Assembly (NCBI GenBank): GCA_951804945.1
Contig: OX638166.1
Location: 38,750,001 to 38,814,000, forward strand
Direction of reading: 5' to 3'
From: Podarcis cretensis
Taxonomy: Eukaryota
DNA length: 64,000 bases
The translations under genes and the position numbers were made by a program. The notes beneath the pieces were generated by a model. The model was not told the DNA's origin and ran no database searches. It saw nothing but the letters and a program-made list of their open reading frames with translations. This document shows, piece by piece, positions 24,601 to 37,205 of the stretch. Numbering within the stretch: the first letter of the stretch is position 1; every line of letters begins with the position of its first letter.

Positions 24601-27600
24601 CCGCTGTAGCTGCTGCAGCTGCCGCTGCAACTGCTGCTTCTTTCGGCACCTCTGGTGCTGCCACAGTAACTGTATCTACTCTCCCCACCACTGTGTCCAG
24701 TAAGTATTCTATTGATTGGGGTTTTTTGTGGGGAGGGGTGCTCAGAGACGAGAAGAGGAAAGGATACTTTTCTTCTCCTTGTCCCACATTCCATTTTCTT
24801 TCTTCATTTGAGTTGTGGAGCAGGACATGTCTAAAGAGAAAAATATATGTAAATTTCTACATCCAGGCAATCCAGACTCTGTGACCTGTACAGTCATACC
24901 TTGGTTTTCAAACAGCTTAGTTCACAAACATTTTGGTTCCCAGATGTTGCAAACCTGGAAGTGATTGTTTCGGTTTGCGAACTATTTTTGGAAGCTGAAT
25001 GTCTCAACAGGGCTTCCACGGCTTCCGATTGGCTTCAGGAGCTTCCTGCAGCCAATCAGAAGCCGCGCTTTGGTTTCTGAACGTTTTGGAAGTCGAATGG
25101 ACTTCTGGAACAGATTCCGTTCGACTTCCAAGGTACAACTGTATGTGTATTTGCATTAATTTAATTTATTTTTCATAATTCTGTGTTTTGGTGGCCATGG
25201 AGACGAGAAGGGAGCTATGAAGAACCCCAAATATTTGTCTCAGTTGCTAGAAATCTTACTTAGCCACCTTTTAAGACTTCAGTAGGTATTGCTGCACACA
25301 CTTTCAAGCCATCATTGCAGCCCTGAGGAAAAGATTTTTGAAACAAAATAGAGAGCTGGGATTCTCAACAAGGCAAGCTCTTAAGATCACACACTGTTAA
25401 ATCTGTGCTGTCGCTGAATTCATAGAATTATAGAGTTGTAAGGGATCCCAAAGGTCATCTACTCCAACCCCCTGCAATGCAGGAATCTTAATTAGATCAT
25501 ATATGACAGATGACCATCCAGTCTCTACTTAAATACCTCCAAGGAAAGAGTCCACCACCTCCTATGGGAGTCTGTTCCACTCTGTGCCAAACAGCTTTTG
25601 CTGTCAGAAAGTTCTTCCTGATGTTTAGTCAGAATCTCCTTTCTTGTAACTTGAATCCTCTGGTTTTGATCCTACCCTCCAGAGCTTGCTCCAGTTTCCA
25701 TTTACGAGTGTACACATCCCTTACATATAATGCTGGTGCTCCTCCCTTCCTGACTGATCTGTTCCTTTTGAGCAGGTTGTACCCCTCAATTTCTACATTT
25801 CAATTACGAGCCTCATCCCACCAGCTTTCAGTAATGTCTATTAGATTATAGTTGCCATTCTGTATTAAGAGTTCAAGTTCTTCTGGCTTGTTTCCCATAT
25901 TCTGTGCATTGGTGTAGAGACAACTGAAAGCATGAGTCATTCTTCTGTACACTGCTGCCTCTGTCCCCATCTGTAGGGAGTCACCTGCCACCACTACATG
26001 TCTCTTCCTTCTCTGGGGACCTGCAGGAATGGTTCTGTACACTGTAGCTTCCACTTCCACCTTGGTATTTGCAAACTTACCACATATATGAACACAGCCC
26101 TGATCAAGGAGGATATTGCCTCCCAATAGAAGTCTGATAGAGGGTGTCTCTGTGACTTCTGTGTAGGGATGTAGGTAGATGGTAGGCAAGTGCTCAAAGG
26201 AGACCCAGACTTCAAAAAATAGCTGGTGGTTTGTTTGGTCATTCTCTCACTGGTTAATTGTCAAATCCCAAGTTGGTTCTAGCTTGTATCTTGTCGTTCT
26301 CTGCAGCTATCGCAAAAAACAGCAAATCGCCAGCCAAGGTAGGCGAAGCGGGAGGCGGAGGTGGAACTGACAGCAAAATGGCTGCCTCAGGCCTAACGGA
26401 GAACCAGCTACAGCTGTCTGTGGAGGTGAGTTGTGGTGGGTGTGGCCAACGCACAATATGGGGACAGAAGAGGAAGGGATTAACATTTTGAGCTGTCAGC
26501 GGCACAGTGACTTTCTCATCTTCCATTTCAGGTGCTGACATCTCACTCCTGCTCTGAAGAAGGTCTGGAAGATGCTGCCAATGTTCTTTTGCAGCTGTCA
26601 CGGGGTGACTCAGCCACACGTGACACTGTGCTCAAGCTTCTGCTTAATGGGGCCCGGCAACTAGGCTACACTCTTTGCAAGCAGATAGGTAAGGAGAGAT
26701 GAGACTGGAGAAGTGCCAGTGTGAGGAGCTGGCTTGGTTAAGGGTCCTGCCCTGTCTCAATCACTGAGTACCACAGTGAACAGTCAGAAATGTGAAGCTA
26801 GGAATATTAGCCAGTAGCTTACAGAAACAATGGGCTTCAGCGCTCTTCTCATGTACCACTGTGATAGTCTGGGGATTTACATGTGCAAGCATGGGTAACA
26901 TTTAAAGACACACCTCCTCACAGAGGATAGTAACTCATAAGACTGTTTTCCTTGCTGTCAGGTTTGAATGAGCTATAGTCTCTTTTGGAACTGTCTCTGC
27001 TAGAAAGAGTCACACCATAGCATAACAGAACTGTTTCTGGTGGTAGGGCAGGGTGATTCAACCAGATATGGGATTTCAGTCAGTTCTGAACAAGGTAGCA
27101 AGCATGGCAGGGGAATCCCCCTTGTGGTAGTGGAAGCCCTTGAACTGACTTCCACTAGCGCACCAGATAAGTTGAATCTGGGCCCTAAATTGTACTCTTA
27201 CATGGCCACCCATGTTGATCCAGAATATAGCAGCTGTTATGGTGCTCACAGGAACACAACTATGTAAGCATGTCACCTATTTTAGAACAATTGCACTGGT
27301 TACCAGTAAGTTCGTGGGTGCAATTCAAAATGCCAACCAACTTGGCATCAGGCCCTAAATGGCTTACATCCAGGACCATTCATACCATCTACGATCTTTC
27401 CTCTGTGTCTCAGTGTGGGCTTATTCTAGGTTGGCTGGGATGTGTGAGAGCCCAGTAGCGGAATGCTCTCTCACTGGGACATTCAACTGGCCCTTTTAGT
27501 TTCTACTTCCTAGTGAACACAATTCCTTTTAGGCAGGGATTTTTTATTGCCTCGGGCTTTATGCTGACTGTTTCAAATTGTGAACGCATGATCTTTGTTT

Positions 27601-30600
27601 TCTGGATTTTAATGGTTTTACCATCATGTGTTTTGATATTGTTTGTTGTGTTGGGTATAGTTTTATAGTGGAGAGGTGGCATCGATTTTCTTAAATAGCA
27701 CTCACTAATTCTCAACTCTCCCTTTCCAGGTACTCTCTTGGCGGAGCTGCGAGAATACAACTTGGAGCAGCAACGTCGAGCCCAGTGTGAGTCCCTGTCG
27801 CCAGACGGGCTCCCTGAAGAACAGCCTCAGACCACCAAATTGAAAGGCAAGATGCAGAGCAGGTGAGTCTCCTTCAAGTTGGCCTTTCTCTTTGTCTTTT
27901 GAGTGGCCTTCTCTGACTTTCTTCCCCACCTTCTTCCTCAATTGTTAGGTTTGACATTGCTGAGAACGTGGTGATTGTGGCATCACAGAAGCGCCCTCTG
28001 GGTGGTCGCGAGCTCCAGCTACCCTCAATGTCCATGCTGACTTCTAAGACCTCCACACAGAAGTTTTTCCTAAGGGTGTTGCAGGTCATCATCCAGCTAC
28101 GGGATGACACACGCCGTGCCAACAAAAAGGCAAAACAGACAGGCAGGCTAGGTATGTTAGGCAGGAGAGCAAGCTCTGTCTGCACAAGGCCTGTTTGTAG
28201 ATGCTAGAGCATGGGTGGGAGATCTCCTGATACTGGTTCAGACCAGTCATACTTTACCTATAGAAGACTGGAGAGGCCCATAGGCCACTGCAGTTTTGGG
28301 GGGTCGGTTCAAAGCTTGAGTAGGGGGTTAAATCTTAACAGGCTCAGTTGTAGGGGCCAACCCTCATTCTTCTTCTTCTCTCCCCCTCTTTTTGCAGGTA
28401 CTTCCGGTCTGGGCTCAGTTAGCAGCATCCAGGCCGCTGTTCGGCAGCTGGAGGCTGAGGCTGACGCCATTATACAAATGGTACGTGAGGGTCAGAGGGC
28501 CCGGAGGCAGCAGCAAGCAACAACGGTTAGCATGGTGCCTGTGGCGCTTGTAGGCCACTCATTTTGTTTATTTGAACTACCCTTTTTCATTATTTTACAT
28601 TCCTTTCTCCATCTTTTCTCCTCCTTTTTTATGCCAACTGGTTTGTCATCAGAGGAGCCTCTTTGTTCAGGGAAGGAAGAAGCTTCAGCTCCTTGCTGCT
28701 CTTGGCTCTTGATCCTAAAAAGCTGTTCTTCAGAGCAGGCTGAGGAAGAGCTTGTGAGGACAGTTTGTGATTTGAATTCTGGGTTCTGTGCAGTGTTTTT
28801 TTCTTCTAAAAAGATGTTTAGGGGTACTTTCATTTTGATTCAAGAAAATCACCATGTTATAGTTCAAATCGGGGGAAATAAATACAGTAAATGGACAAAA
28901 GCACAAAGATTCACAAAATGTTTAGGGGTATGCATACCCCCAGAAAAAAGCACTGGTTCTATGTATTGGGTAGAGGGATGAGAAAACAGCTGGTTCCAGT
29001 GTAAGAAATGCTGAAGACAAAAGAAGTCTTCCTTCTTTGTACCTGGCTTATGCATACACCTTGGCTGTTCTCCCAACAACCTCAATATACCTCCATGGGC
29101 TCTGGTGGTGGTTACCTTTTATGAAGTTTGCTTATTGATATGAAAAATCTGAGTTGGATATTTGCATAGTATCTTTTAACAAATTGTGGTCTTCGGACTT
29201 TTCACTCCTGCGAACACCCCTTTGTTTTCTATTATTTTAGTTACTCTTCCAACACTTAAAAAATGTGTTTAGCTTCTGTATGTCTTGGACACCTCTATGC
29301 CAAATAGCTCTAACCTTATTTGCTTCCTCTTCATACGATTTTGGGTTATCTGCTGAAGGCTGGTTGAATGGGGGAAGGGGTTTGTGGTAGGAGACAGTGA
29401 GCTGGGTGAAGAATCCTCTGCAGCTTCAAGATGCCTTCCCCATTTTGAAAGGCCGTCCACTTCCATGGTGGATACATCACTAACTCTGCTGCTTATGAAT
29501 TGAGAACTGAGTTCGGGGGGGGGGGGTTCCTGTATTTATCTCCCCTTCCTTACTAATGGAAAGCCAAGGCCTGACCAGGAATAAATGGAAGGCTCTGCAG
29601 CTGTGTAAGCAGGGTAGGGATTGTTTTTCTGGTTTCAGCTGCCTTTTTCATACACTGTTTGGCTAGGATTGTTGGTTGAGAAGCTGGGTGTTAAAAGCTG
29701 AGAGCAAGCTAGCCATCTCTACAGTGGCAGATATTTAGCATTGGTGATCCGCCCTGGATTCTTCAGTTGAAAAGCAAAATGCTGCCTTTAAGAAATAACC
29801 TTCCATTGCCTACAGACCAAATCAGTTTTGTGAAGTTTAGCATTCTGATTGCTTAAGTTGTTGGAATTTTGACATTTTAAAAGGTGGGCATTGTGGTGGC
29901 GGCGACAGCAAGTATTATTAGTGAAGAAAAAGACAAGTGATCAGGGGACACTCTGCTGTGGTCTCAGCCGTTGACACTTGCTTGGTGCTTCAGATGTTCT
30001 GTAATTAATAGTAAATCTTTTGGATTTCTGTGGAAGTTTCAAAAAGCACAAACAACAAGGGAGCTAACCCAAAGCTGTACAAGTTGTGGACTGAACATGT
30101 GATCCATAGTTGTGGTCTGTCTCCCTCTGCCCTTCAGCCTTAGTCTCTTCTCCTGGCTCAAAGCCACTCAAATTGGAAAGCCAACTTGACATGGCTGTGA
30201 GTGAGCTGACACCCATGGTAGCTCTAAGAGCTCACTTCCATTTATAAGATCCAGCATGTATTCAGGGTACTTCCACTGTCTGTGTGGCCGCGGGGCAGGA
30301 CCAGCACAGCAACCACACAGCATGGCTTGAAGCCCAAATTCTTAGGGCTTGTACACACATTACTTTCCTATGAGAAGTAGCTAAGCAATAAAAAGTAACC
30401 TGCATTTATTTCTGGGTTGCAGTAGGTAGAAAGAATGCATTAGAGGTCAACAAGAACCAAGCTTGTTTGCAAGCACAAGTGACACAACTGAATCACGTTG
30501 GTGGACTTTTCAATCACAACTGTTGTGGAGTGGATGTGACAATACAGTAATGTGTGTACAATCCTTGAGCCTACCTCTCTCCAGATTGTTGCATCTTAGA

Positions 30601-33600
30601 GGCTCCAGTCCTGCCCAGTTTCTCTAGAGAGATGTGGGCTGCCTTTGCCCCTGGCATGTGGGTCTTGTTAAATATGAGGTTATCCCTGCAGGAAGGTCCC
30701 TGATGACAACTTTCCTCTTCTCTCCACACCTGTTCTTTGCTTTCCAAGAACTTTCCCCACTCTGGTGCATGCACTTCACCATTGCTCCTGGCTGTAAGTG
30801 CTCCACCTTCAGATTCACGCATGTCATGCTTTCTGCTAGCTTTTTTCCCCTGCTCCCCTCTTTCTCCTGTAGCTGTGTCATTCGGCTCATTCCCTCTGCA
30901 GATTTTAGCTTGTGTATAGCAGCATGTTTAACCTCTTTTGGTCTTTGTAAAGGATGGGGAAAGTGGTAGGGCCACCATGCACAGTTCTGTTGATGGTCCA
31001 TTTTCTTCCCTGCCTTTTGGGAGTTACTGGGCTGACCTCCCAGCACCTATTTCCTAAGTGCTCTTGGGAAGCTTCAGCCCTCACTAATGTTTGCGTCTCT
31101 TCTGTTCAGTCGGAGCCAAACCAGGCAGAGGGTTCTGTACGAAGAGACGAATCACCTATGGATGTGGATCAGCCGTCACCCACCACACAAGACACCCAAT
31201 CAGTTGGTTAGTATCTGCTTTTTGCAGTTGAGGGGTGGCTGTCTCCGAAGTAGAGAAGCTGTTTTACCTGCCGTAGGCCCTCCTTCTACAGGTCTGAAGG
31301 AGTTGCCTGTCCTGAAACTGGGAAGGCTAAAGTGTGAAGGACTGATCTCTTGTTCTTACAGTGTCAGAAGGATCCCAGCAGGGTGAGAAGGAGAAAGAGG
31401 AGCGTCCTCCAGATCTGCCTCTGCTAAGTGAGCAACTCAGTCTGGATGAACTATGGGATATGCTGGGCGAGTGCCTGAAGGAGCTGGAAGAATCGCATGA
31501 CCAACATGCTGTGCTTGGTAAGGTTCTGGGCTGCTGGAAGGTTGGTCTGCTTCAGGCCTCCCTGCCTCTTGGAACTTCAACTTCTGCTCTCTTCCCTACA
31601 GTGCTGCAGCCTGCAGTGGAGGCCTTCTTTTTGGTGCATGCTACAGAGCGGGAAAGCAAGCCCCCAGTGCGTGACACCCGGGAGAGCCAGCTGGCTCACA
31701 TCAAGGACGAGCCCCCACCCCTTTCACCTGCCCCACTGACCCCTGCAACACCCTCCTCCCTTGACCCCTTTTTCTCCCGTGAACCTTCTTCCATGCACAT
31801 TTCCTCCAGCCTTCCCCCAGACACACAGAAGTTCCTCCGCTTTGCAGGTTAGTTCAAACTGTGACATGTCTGGCTGTGTCCAGGGTATTAAGACTAATTC
31901 TTTCATGAGGGCTTCAAGTGGGGGTTTCTCGGCTGTCTCTATCTCAGAAGGGCAGCTGGTTTGCTGAGGGAGGAGTGTGTGGATCAAGGTGTGACTAACT
32001 AGGGAATATACTTGTGGAGGAATTTCATTAACTGGTTTCTGCAGCATGGCTGGAAGAAACACAATAAGGAGCGTGCAGCCGAACCTTCACTTTTGTTCTC
32101 ATCTTGCAGAAACACACCGCACTGTGCTGAACCAGATCCTGCGCCAGTCCACCACCCATTTAGCTGACGGCCCCTTTGCTGTCCTCGTGGATTACATACG
32201 TGTGCTGGATTTTGATGTCAAACGGAAGTAGGTTTTAGGGTGGGGTGTTAGTATTCTGTTTCCTATTCATTTTAAATAATAATTAAAAAACAAGGAGATG
32301 CCAGAGATTGATTGTAAGCATGAGTATGATGTCTCACTTTTGATCTCTAGGGCAGATTGCTTGAGTGATATTCTAGGCTTGTGTGCTGACTTTTCTATTG
32401 GCTGTGATGCCCTCTAGCTTGGCCAGACATTTCTCATTTCTTGGCTCCTCCGTTCAGCTCCTCCATTGGCAAAAAGATCAGTGTGGGGCAGGAGAAGTGG
32501 TGGTGACTGGATGGGTGGTCTTATTCAGTTTTATATGCTTCTTCCCCTAGAATGAAGTATAGTCAAAAGTGTCTCTCAGCCCCAATTCTGAAGACACTTT
32601 GTTAAGGGTTGGAGAGATGGCAAACCCGCCCACTTTTCATCTACATCTGTAGAATATGTCATCTCTTGCATTGTTAGTGCTTTGCAACTGTAACTGTGAA
32701 TCGGCTTCAGGGAGTTCCATAGTAATAGCCCTGGGGGCTGCCCAGTGTGAGAGGTAATGGCTACATGCTTACTCTTCTTTCCAAGGTACTTCCGGCAAGA
32801 GTTGGAAAGACTTGATGAGGGGCTGCGGAAAGAAGACATGGCTGTGCATGTGCGTCGAGATCATGTCTTTGAAGACTCATACCGGGAGTTGCATCGCAAG
32901 TCGCCCGAGGAAATGAAAAACAGATTGTAAGCAACTTCTTCAGCTACTAGAACTTTTAGCGTGCTGCTATAATCAGAGTCTTCTTATGTGCACCGTTTTC
33001 TTTCTTACCCTTGCTGAGGACCTTTGCCCACGTTTTGTCTAAATGTTGATTTTTCCTTATTTTGTAGATTGAACCTATAAACCAGACATTCAGTCCCTGC
33101 CAGCCTTTTTGTTCTAAACCCATCCTCCACTTCTGACATTTCCTTATTATTATATCCTCTTCTGTTTTTCAGGTACATAGTATTTGAAGGGGAAGAGGGT
33201 CAGGATGCTGGAGGTCTCCTGCGCGAGTGGTACATGATCATCTCACGGGAGATGTTTAACCCCATGTATGCGCTCTTCCGCACATCGCCTGGCGATCGAG
33301 TTACCTACACCATCAATCCTTCCTCTCACTGTAACCCCAACCACCTGAGCTACTTCAAGTTTGTAGGGCGCATTGTGGCCAAAGCAGTATATGATAACCG
33401 GTTGCTGGAATGCTACTTCACCCGCTCCTTCTACAAGCATATCTTGGGCAAATCTGTCAGGTGAGTAGTGCCTTTGCTTTTAGGGTTTTTGTTGAACTAG
33501 TCCATCTAAAATGGTTTCCCATCTTTCCCAAAACATGTTCCTAACCCAGCCAGCTTCCTTCAACCATACAGGTACACAGATATGGAGAGTGAGGATTACC

Positions 33601-36600
33601 ACTTCTACCAGGGACTGGTGTATCTTCTGGAAAACGATGTCTCCACACTGGGCTATGACCTCACCTTCAGCACAGAGGTAAGCTGTCCCCTTCTCATGGA
33701 AGTATTTTGGGGCAAATCTTTTGGAAGTTGAAGGTTATTGAAGCTAAAGAGACAAAGGGCTATCGCACAGAATGGGCAACCATTCAATTTGGACAATTTT
33801 GAAGATGATGGATAAAAATCAAGAAGGTGGTAGAATTCCTCACCCAGAAGTTGTACAAATCCCTCCATGTGTAATAATAGGTGAAGATGACTATATATTT
33901 GCAGCGATTTTCTAGCAGTGGATACAGCTCTTTCCTTTTGAATTCAGATTTCTTTTGATCTTAAAAAATTAGAACTCTCTAAACAATGTGAGAAACAATG
34001 AGGCTGTGGATATTGGCATTGATTATCAAGCACTGTAACAAGAATGGCATTCGGACACAGTGTTCCAAAATAGTAAGGATGTATTACCTGGTGATAACTG
34101 CCAGAGTCTTCGTTGCCCCTGAATGATGGCTGCTGCTGTTCTGTTTTGGTTGTGTGTTTATATTTTACTATGCACAAGGGGTAAATCTGATTCTTGCAAC
34201 TACATTATGGTGTTTTGTTAAGAGAAGCATCCATTGGGTTGTAATTTGAGGCTGAGGAGGAATTTGTGAAACTGAGAAAGGATTGAATCAAGGCCAGTAT
34301 TGAGTCATTCTGACTTCTGGTCCTTGTCAGAAAGAGCAAGGCAAGCCTTCTCTTTTCCCAAGAGATGTTCTTGTTAATCCAGTTTCTACTTATTTAGTAC
34401 ACTTCTGTCTTTCCTCCTCCCCTACCCAAACAGGTTCAAGAGTTTGGTGTGTGTGAAGTACGTGACCTTAAGCCCAACGGAGCTAACATCCTTGTGACTG
34501 AGGAGAACAAGAAGGAATATGTACACCTGGTGTGTCAGATGCGAATGACAGGTGTGTTGGGGGAGTACACCTGAGAACAGTGAAAAGAACCTGATGATCT
34601 AAACCCATCTCTGCTGGAAGATGGGATCCCTCCACTTATTAACTTGCATCTACCTTTTGAATTAACATTCCCTCCCTATCTCATAATTCATACTAAATTC
34701 GAAGCAAAGAACTAGTGTCATACCAGAGCTGTCCATGAGTTGCTGTTTCACCGGATCAATAGCAATAGCCTGAAGAAGGAAGCCAAACTGTGTTTTTTAA
34801 GGAAAAGTGTACAAACAACAGCAACAACAAAAACTTTAGTTGTCTAATTCGGTCTAAGGTCATTACGTAGACTCTGTACTTGAGGCAGATTCATCTACCA
34901 ATCAGCTGTGAGAAGTTGTAAATTTTACATAAATGTGCACATTTCAGTGTTTAGGTTTTATTCCCTCCTGAGCAATAGTTTTCCCTCTTCTTCGGCTACT
35001 TAGAACTTCCATTGCCTTCCCCACCCATTGATAATCCATATTCCCTTCTGGCAGGAGCAATCCGCAAGCAGCTGGCTGCCTTCTTGGAGGGCTTCTATGA
35101 GATTATCCCCAAGCGCCTCATCTCCATCTTCACGGAGCAGGAGCTGGAGCTGCTAATCTCGGGGCTGCCCACCATTGACATAGATGACCTGAAGTCCAAC
35201 ACAGAGTACCACAAGTACCAGGCAAACTCTATCCAGGTTAGCTTTTCCTTTCTAGCAGGTTGCCTTTCACCAACTCTCTATTCTCCAGAGTGGAAGTGTC
35301 AAGGCCTTATGGAGAGGAATCCTCTTGATTTTTCTTGGCATGTTAACAATCAATTTCCTTAGTTGCTTGAGTTCAATGAGACTTTGGGTAAACTTGTATA
35401 GTATCGCAGCCTTGATATGTTTGACTGCAAGTTTGATCTTGGAACACTGTTTGCCACTAAGCACACAATGAGGTGGCTCTTCTCCTGTTGGGCGTATATC
35501 CCCGCTACCTCCTGCTTGGAAGGCAGGAAATGTGTGACCCCATCCCTTCTGCTATCCTCTCCCCCTATTGGCTCCTCTTTGTGTTGGTCCTTCTGGGCCC
35601 TTCACTTCTGGAGGCCTGCAAATTTCTCATGTTCTCAGAAATGCCAGAATCTCTGACTCCAGTCTCCACTCCTTTTGTCCTTCTGCACAGATTCAGTGGT
35701 TCTGGCGAGCCCTGCGCTCCTTTGATCAGGCAGACAGAGCAAAGTTCCTGCAGTTCGTCACAGGCACATCCAAGGTGCCCTTGCAGGGGTTTGCTGCCCT
35801 AGAGGGCATGAATGGCATCCAGAAATTCCAGATCCACAGAGACGACCGCTCAACAGATAGACTGCCTTCTGCTCACACGTGGTAAGAGGCAAATGGATAA
35901 GCCCATTGTTAGTCTTCAAATTATAGTTTTCCATTATGCAGGAAATATTTTTATGTAAATGGAAGTGTGTCATATAATCACCCTAACTCCAAGAGGCCCT
36001 CCAAACTTCTGTAAGTGCTAGAATTCGCTGGTTATCATCTTGAGCCATAACACTTATACCATGACGCTGCTGAAGGTTTTACCGATGAATATCTGTAAGG
36101 GCCTAGCTATTTTACAGGAGCTTCCCTTCTACAGCAGTATCTGTTGCTCCTTTACCTAGAAACACAATTGGGGATTTTGTGAGCCGGGAGGGGAGAAAAG
36201 GAATGAGTGTGTTTCTGAAACAGAGGCTATCTATAACTTCAGTCATGAGTCAATGGTAAAGTCCTAAAGAAAGAGGTGCCAGAACTCCAGTTTTGTGCCT
36301 TGCAAATCCAAATCCCAGATGGAGAGTTGGATGGGGTGACAGTTGTTTGGGATAGACATTCTGCACATGTGCAGAGGATTGTTCATCACTTCCAAGGGCT
36401 GAATTTTGACCTTCAGAACAGGTTCTTGGGCTGTCCTCTAGTTGAAATGAAACACTTCTAAGAATCAAATGTGAGCAGGCTGTAGATCTGTAGGTTTTTG
36501 TCAGTAAAGTGAGCACGGCCTACACATTAAGAGTTCTGGCCAGTTTGGGGAGGGTGAAGGTACTGTCTTTTGCTCTCATTTTGAAAAAAGAAAGGCATTG

Positions 36601-36760
36601 ACTTTGCAATCAAGCTGCTTGGCCCCACCCCCTTACACTGATGCTTTCTTCCTCCAGTTTCAACCAGCTGGACCTCCCTGCCTATGAGAGTTATGAGAAA
36701 TTGCGTCACATGCTGCTACTGGCCATCCAGGAGTGCTCGGAGGGCTTTGGCTTGGCGTAA
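121..36760 (+). CDS. HUWE1: E3 ubiquitin-protein ligase HUWE1, 3' part (51 coding exons; the 5' part is upstream of the window)
   Basis: Spliced translation closely follows human HUWE1 as I recall it, from the UBA domain ([16 protein letters not shown]) to the C-terminus ([15 protein letters not shown] 36758-36760). Exons read at splice boundaries: 121-243, 513-608, 902-1171, 2480-2632, 3647-3774, 4121-4202, 4468-4644, 4740-4899, 4990-5348, 5581-5776, 6050-6217, 6555-6700, 7069-7135, 7472-7686, 7898-8109, 8824-9006, 9328-9500, 9716-9864, 10295-10370, 10883-10981, 11282-11415, 11774-11945, 12395-12623, 12813-12991, 13502-13591, 13681-13832, 15779-15824, 16595-16873, 18091-18349, 18440-18573, 18673-18896, 19621-19909, 20007-20109, 21089-21629, 24126-24699, 26307-26425, 26532-26688, 27730-27862, 27949-28151, 28398-28525, 31110-31206, 31362-31517, 31602-31847, 32110-32227, 32786-32926, 33173-33460, 33572-33677, 34434-34551, 35055-35236, 35691-35881, 36658-36760. 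Confidence 0.98.
4468..4899 (+). CDS. HUWE1: HUWE1 WWE domain exons
   Basis: [53 protein letters not shown]|[11 protein letters not shown]. Confidence 0.95.
6555..6700 (+). CDS. HUWE1: HUWE1 BH3-motif exon
   Basis: Encodes [33 protein letters not shown]; the L-x-x-I-G-D-D core matches the BH3 motif (human VGQLLQDMGDDVYQQY). Confidence 0.9.
8271..8524. mobile_element. Tc1/mariner-type (Tigger-like) MITE
   Basis: TA-flanked, TIR-like ends (ccattgtaccttgg ... ccaaggtacgactg), central palindrome; a sister copy lies at 24891-25141. Confidence 0.7.
14577..14796. mobile_element. Tc1/mariner-type MITE (degenerate)
   Basis: ta-cagtcttgggttacagac ... catccactg-ta; shares terminal motifs with 50070-50308 and 61227-61451. 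Confidence 0.55.
15410..15639. mobile_element. Tc1/mariner-type MITE
   Basis: Right end gtaaccagaggtaccactg-ta; interior similar to the 50070 and 61227 copies. Confidence 0.6.
15905..15986 (+). ncRNA. MIRLET7F2: pre-miRNA let-7f-2 (intronic in HUWE1)
   Basis: Mature let-7f TGAGGTAGTAGATTGTATAGTT at 15911-15932; complementary 3p arm CTATACAATCTACTGTCTTTCC at 15961-15982; loop GGAG. HUWE1 is the known host gene. Confidence 0.97.
16350..16436 (+). ncRNA. MIR98: pre-miRNA miR-98 (intronic in HUWE1)
   Basis: Mature miR-98 TGAGGTAGTAAGTTGTATTGTT at 16355-16376; 3p arm CTATACAACTTACTACTTTCCC at 16412-16433. Confidence 0.97.
17019..17574 (+). mobile_element. 5'-truncated L1/Tx1-like LINE 3' end with target-site duplication
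   Basis: 15-bp TSD AAAGTGCATATATTT at 17004-17018 and 17575-17589; AATAAA near the 3' end; ORF2-terminus-like peptide (WYQTIW...FTPVWLPFI). Confidence 0.7.
24891..25141. mobile_element. Tc1/mariner-type MITE, opposite orientation to 8271-8524
   Basis: ta-CAGTCATACCTTGG ... CCAAGGTACAACTG-ta; TA duplication; same central palindrome. Confidence 0.75.
25418..25935 (-). mobile_element. CR1 LINE fragments (3' end plus endonuclease start)
   Basis: 3'-end-like catagaattatagagttg...aaggtcatct; minus-strand peptide [37 protein letters not shown] is typical of the CR1 APE N-terminus. Confidence 0.8.
27230..27560 (+). mobile_element. Old L2 LINE fragment
   Basis: Peptide [21 protein letters not shown] resembles the L2 ORF2 LHWLP motif. 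Confidence 0.6.
32786..36760 (+). CDS. HUWE1: HUWE1 HECT domain exons
   Basis: [16 protein letters not shown] ... [16 protein letters not shown]. The catalytic Cys codon is split TG|T across intron 35882-36657. Confidence 0.98.
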
Positions 36761-37205
36761 GGGTGGCTCCAGCTGCCATATTTTTCTACTGTCAGACTTG
36801 GGGAGCAACAGGAGGGAGTGGAACTGAGCGATGCTGCTCCCCCTTTTCCAACCACCTGTGTGTGTGTGTGCGTGCCCTGCTGCCCCCTTACTGAAGAGAG
36901 CCAGAGACCCCCAGCCAATCAGCCGTCTTCGGAGGTGGGGCCGGGGTGCAACCCCGAGAGAAAAAGACAAATTATATATATAAATATATATATATTTTTT
37001 GGTTTAGTTTGCATTTCTTAATTTGTGCTTGGAATGTGTTGATGAGGCGGCGGGAGGGAGCGTTTGGATTCTTTTGTTGGTCTCTTTCCTTGGCACCCAT
37101 TTGCTGCTGGAAGGGAACCTAAGGTTTAAAAAATTCCAAAAAAAGGAAAAAAAAATTAAAAAATAAAAGCGCACTCTTGATAAGAATGTACTGTGCCTGT
37201 GTGTT
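36761..37205 (+). terminator. HUWE1: HUWE1 3' UTR and polyadenylation signal
   Basis: ATTAAA at 37155-37160 and AATAAA at 37162-37167, followed by a GU-rich tract (tgtactgtgcctgtgtgttc). Confidence 0.75.

Noticed and set aside
24389-24794. Antisense ORFs over HUWE1 exons (here and elsewhere)
   Set aside because: Expected by-products of GC-rich, low-complexity coding sequence, with no independent support.
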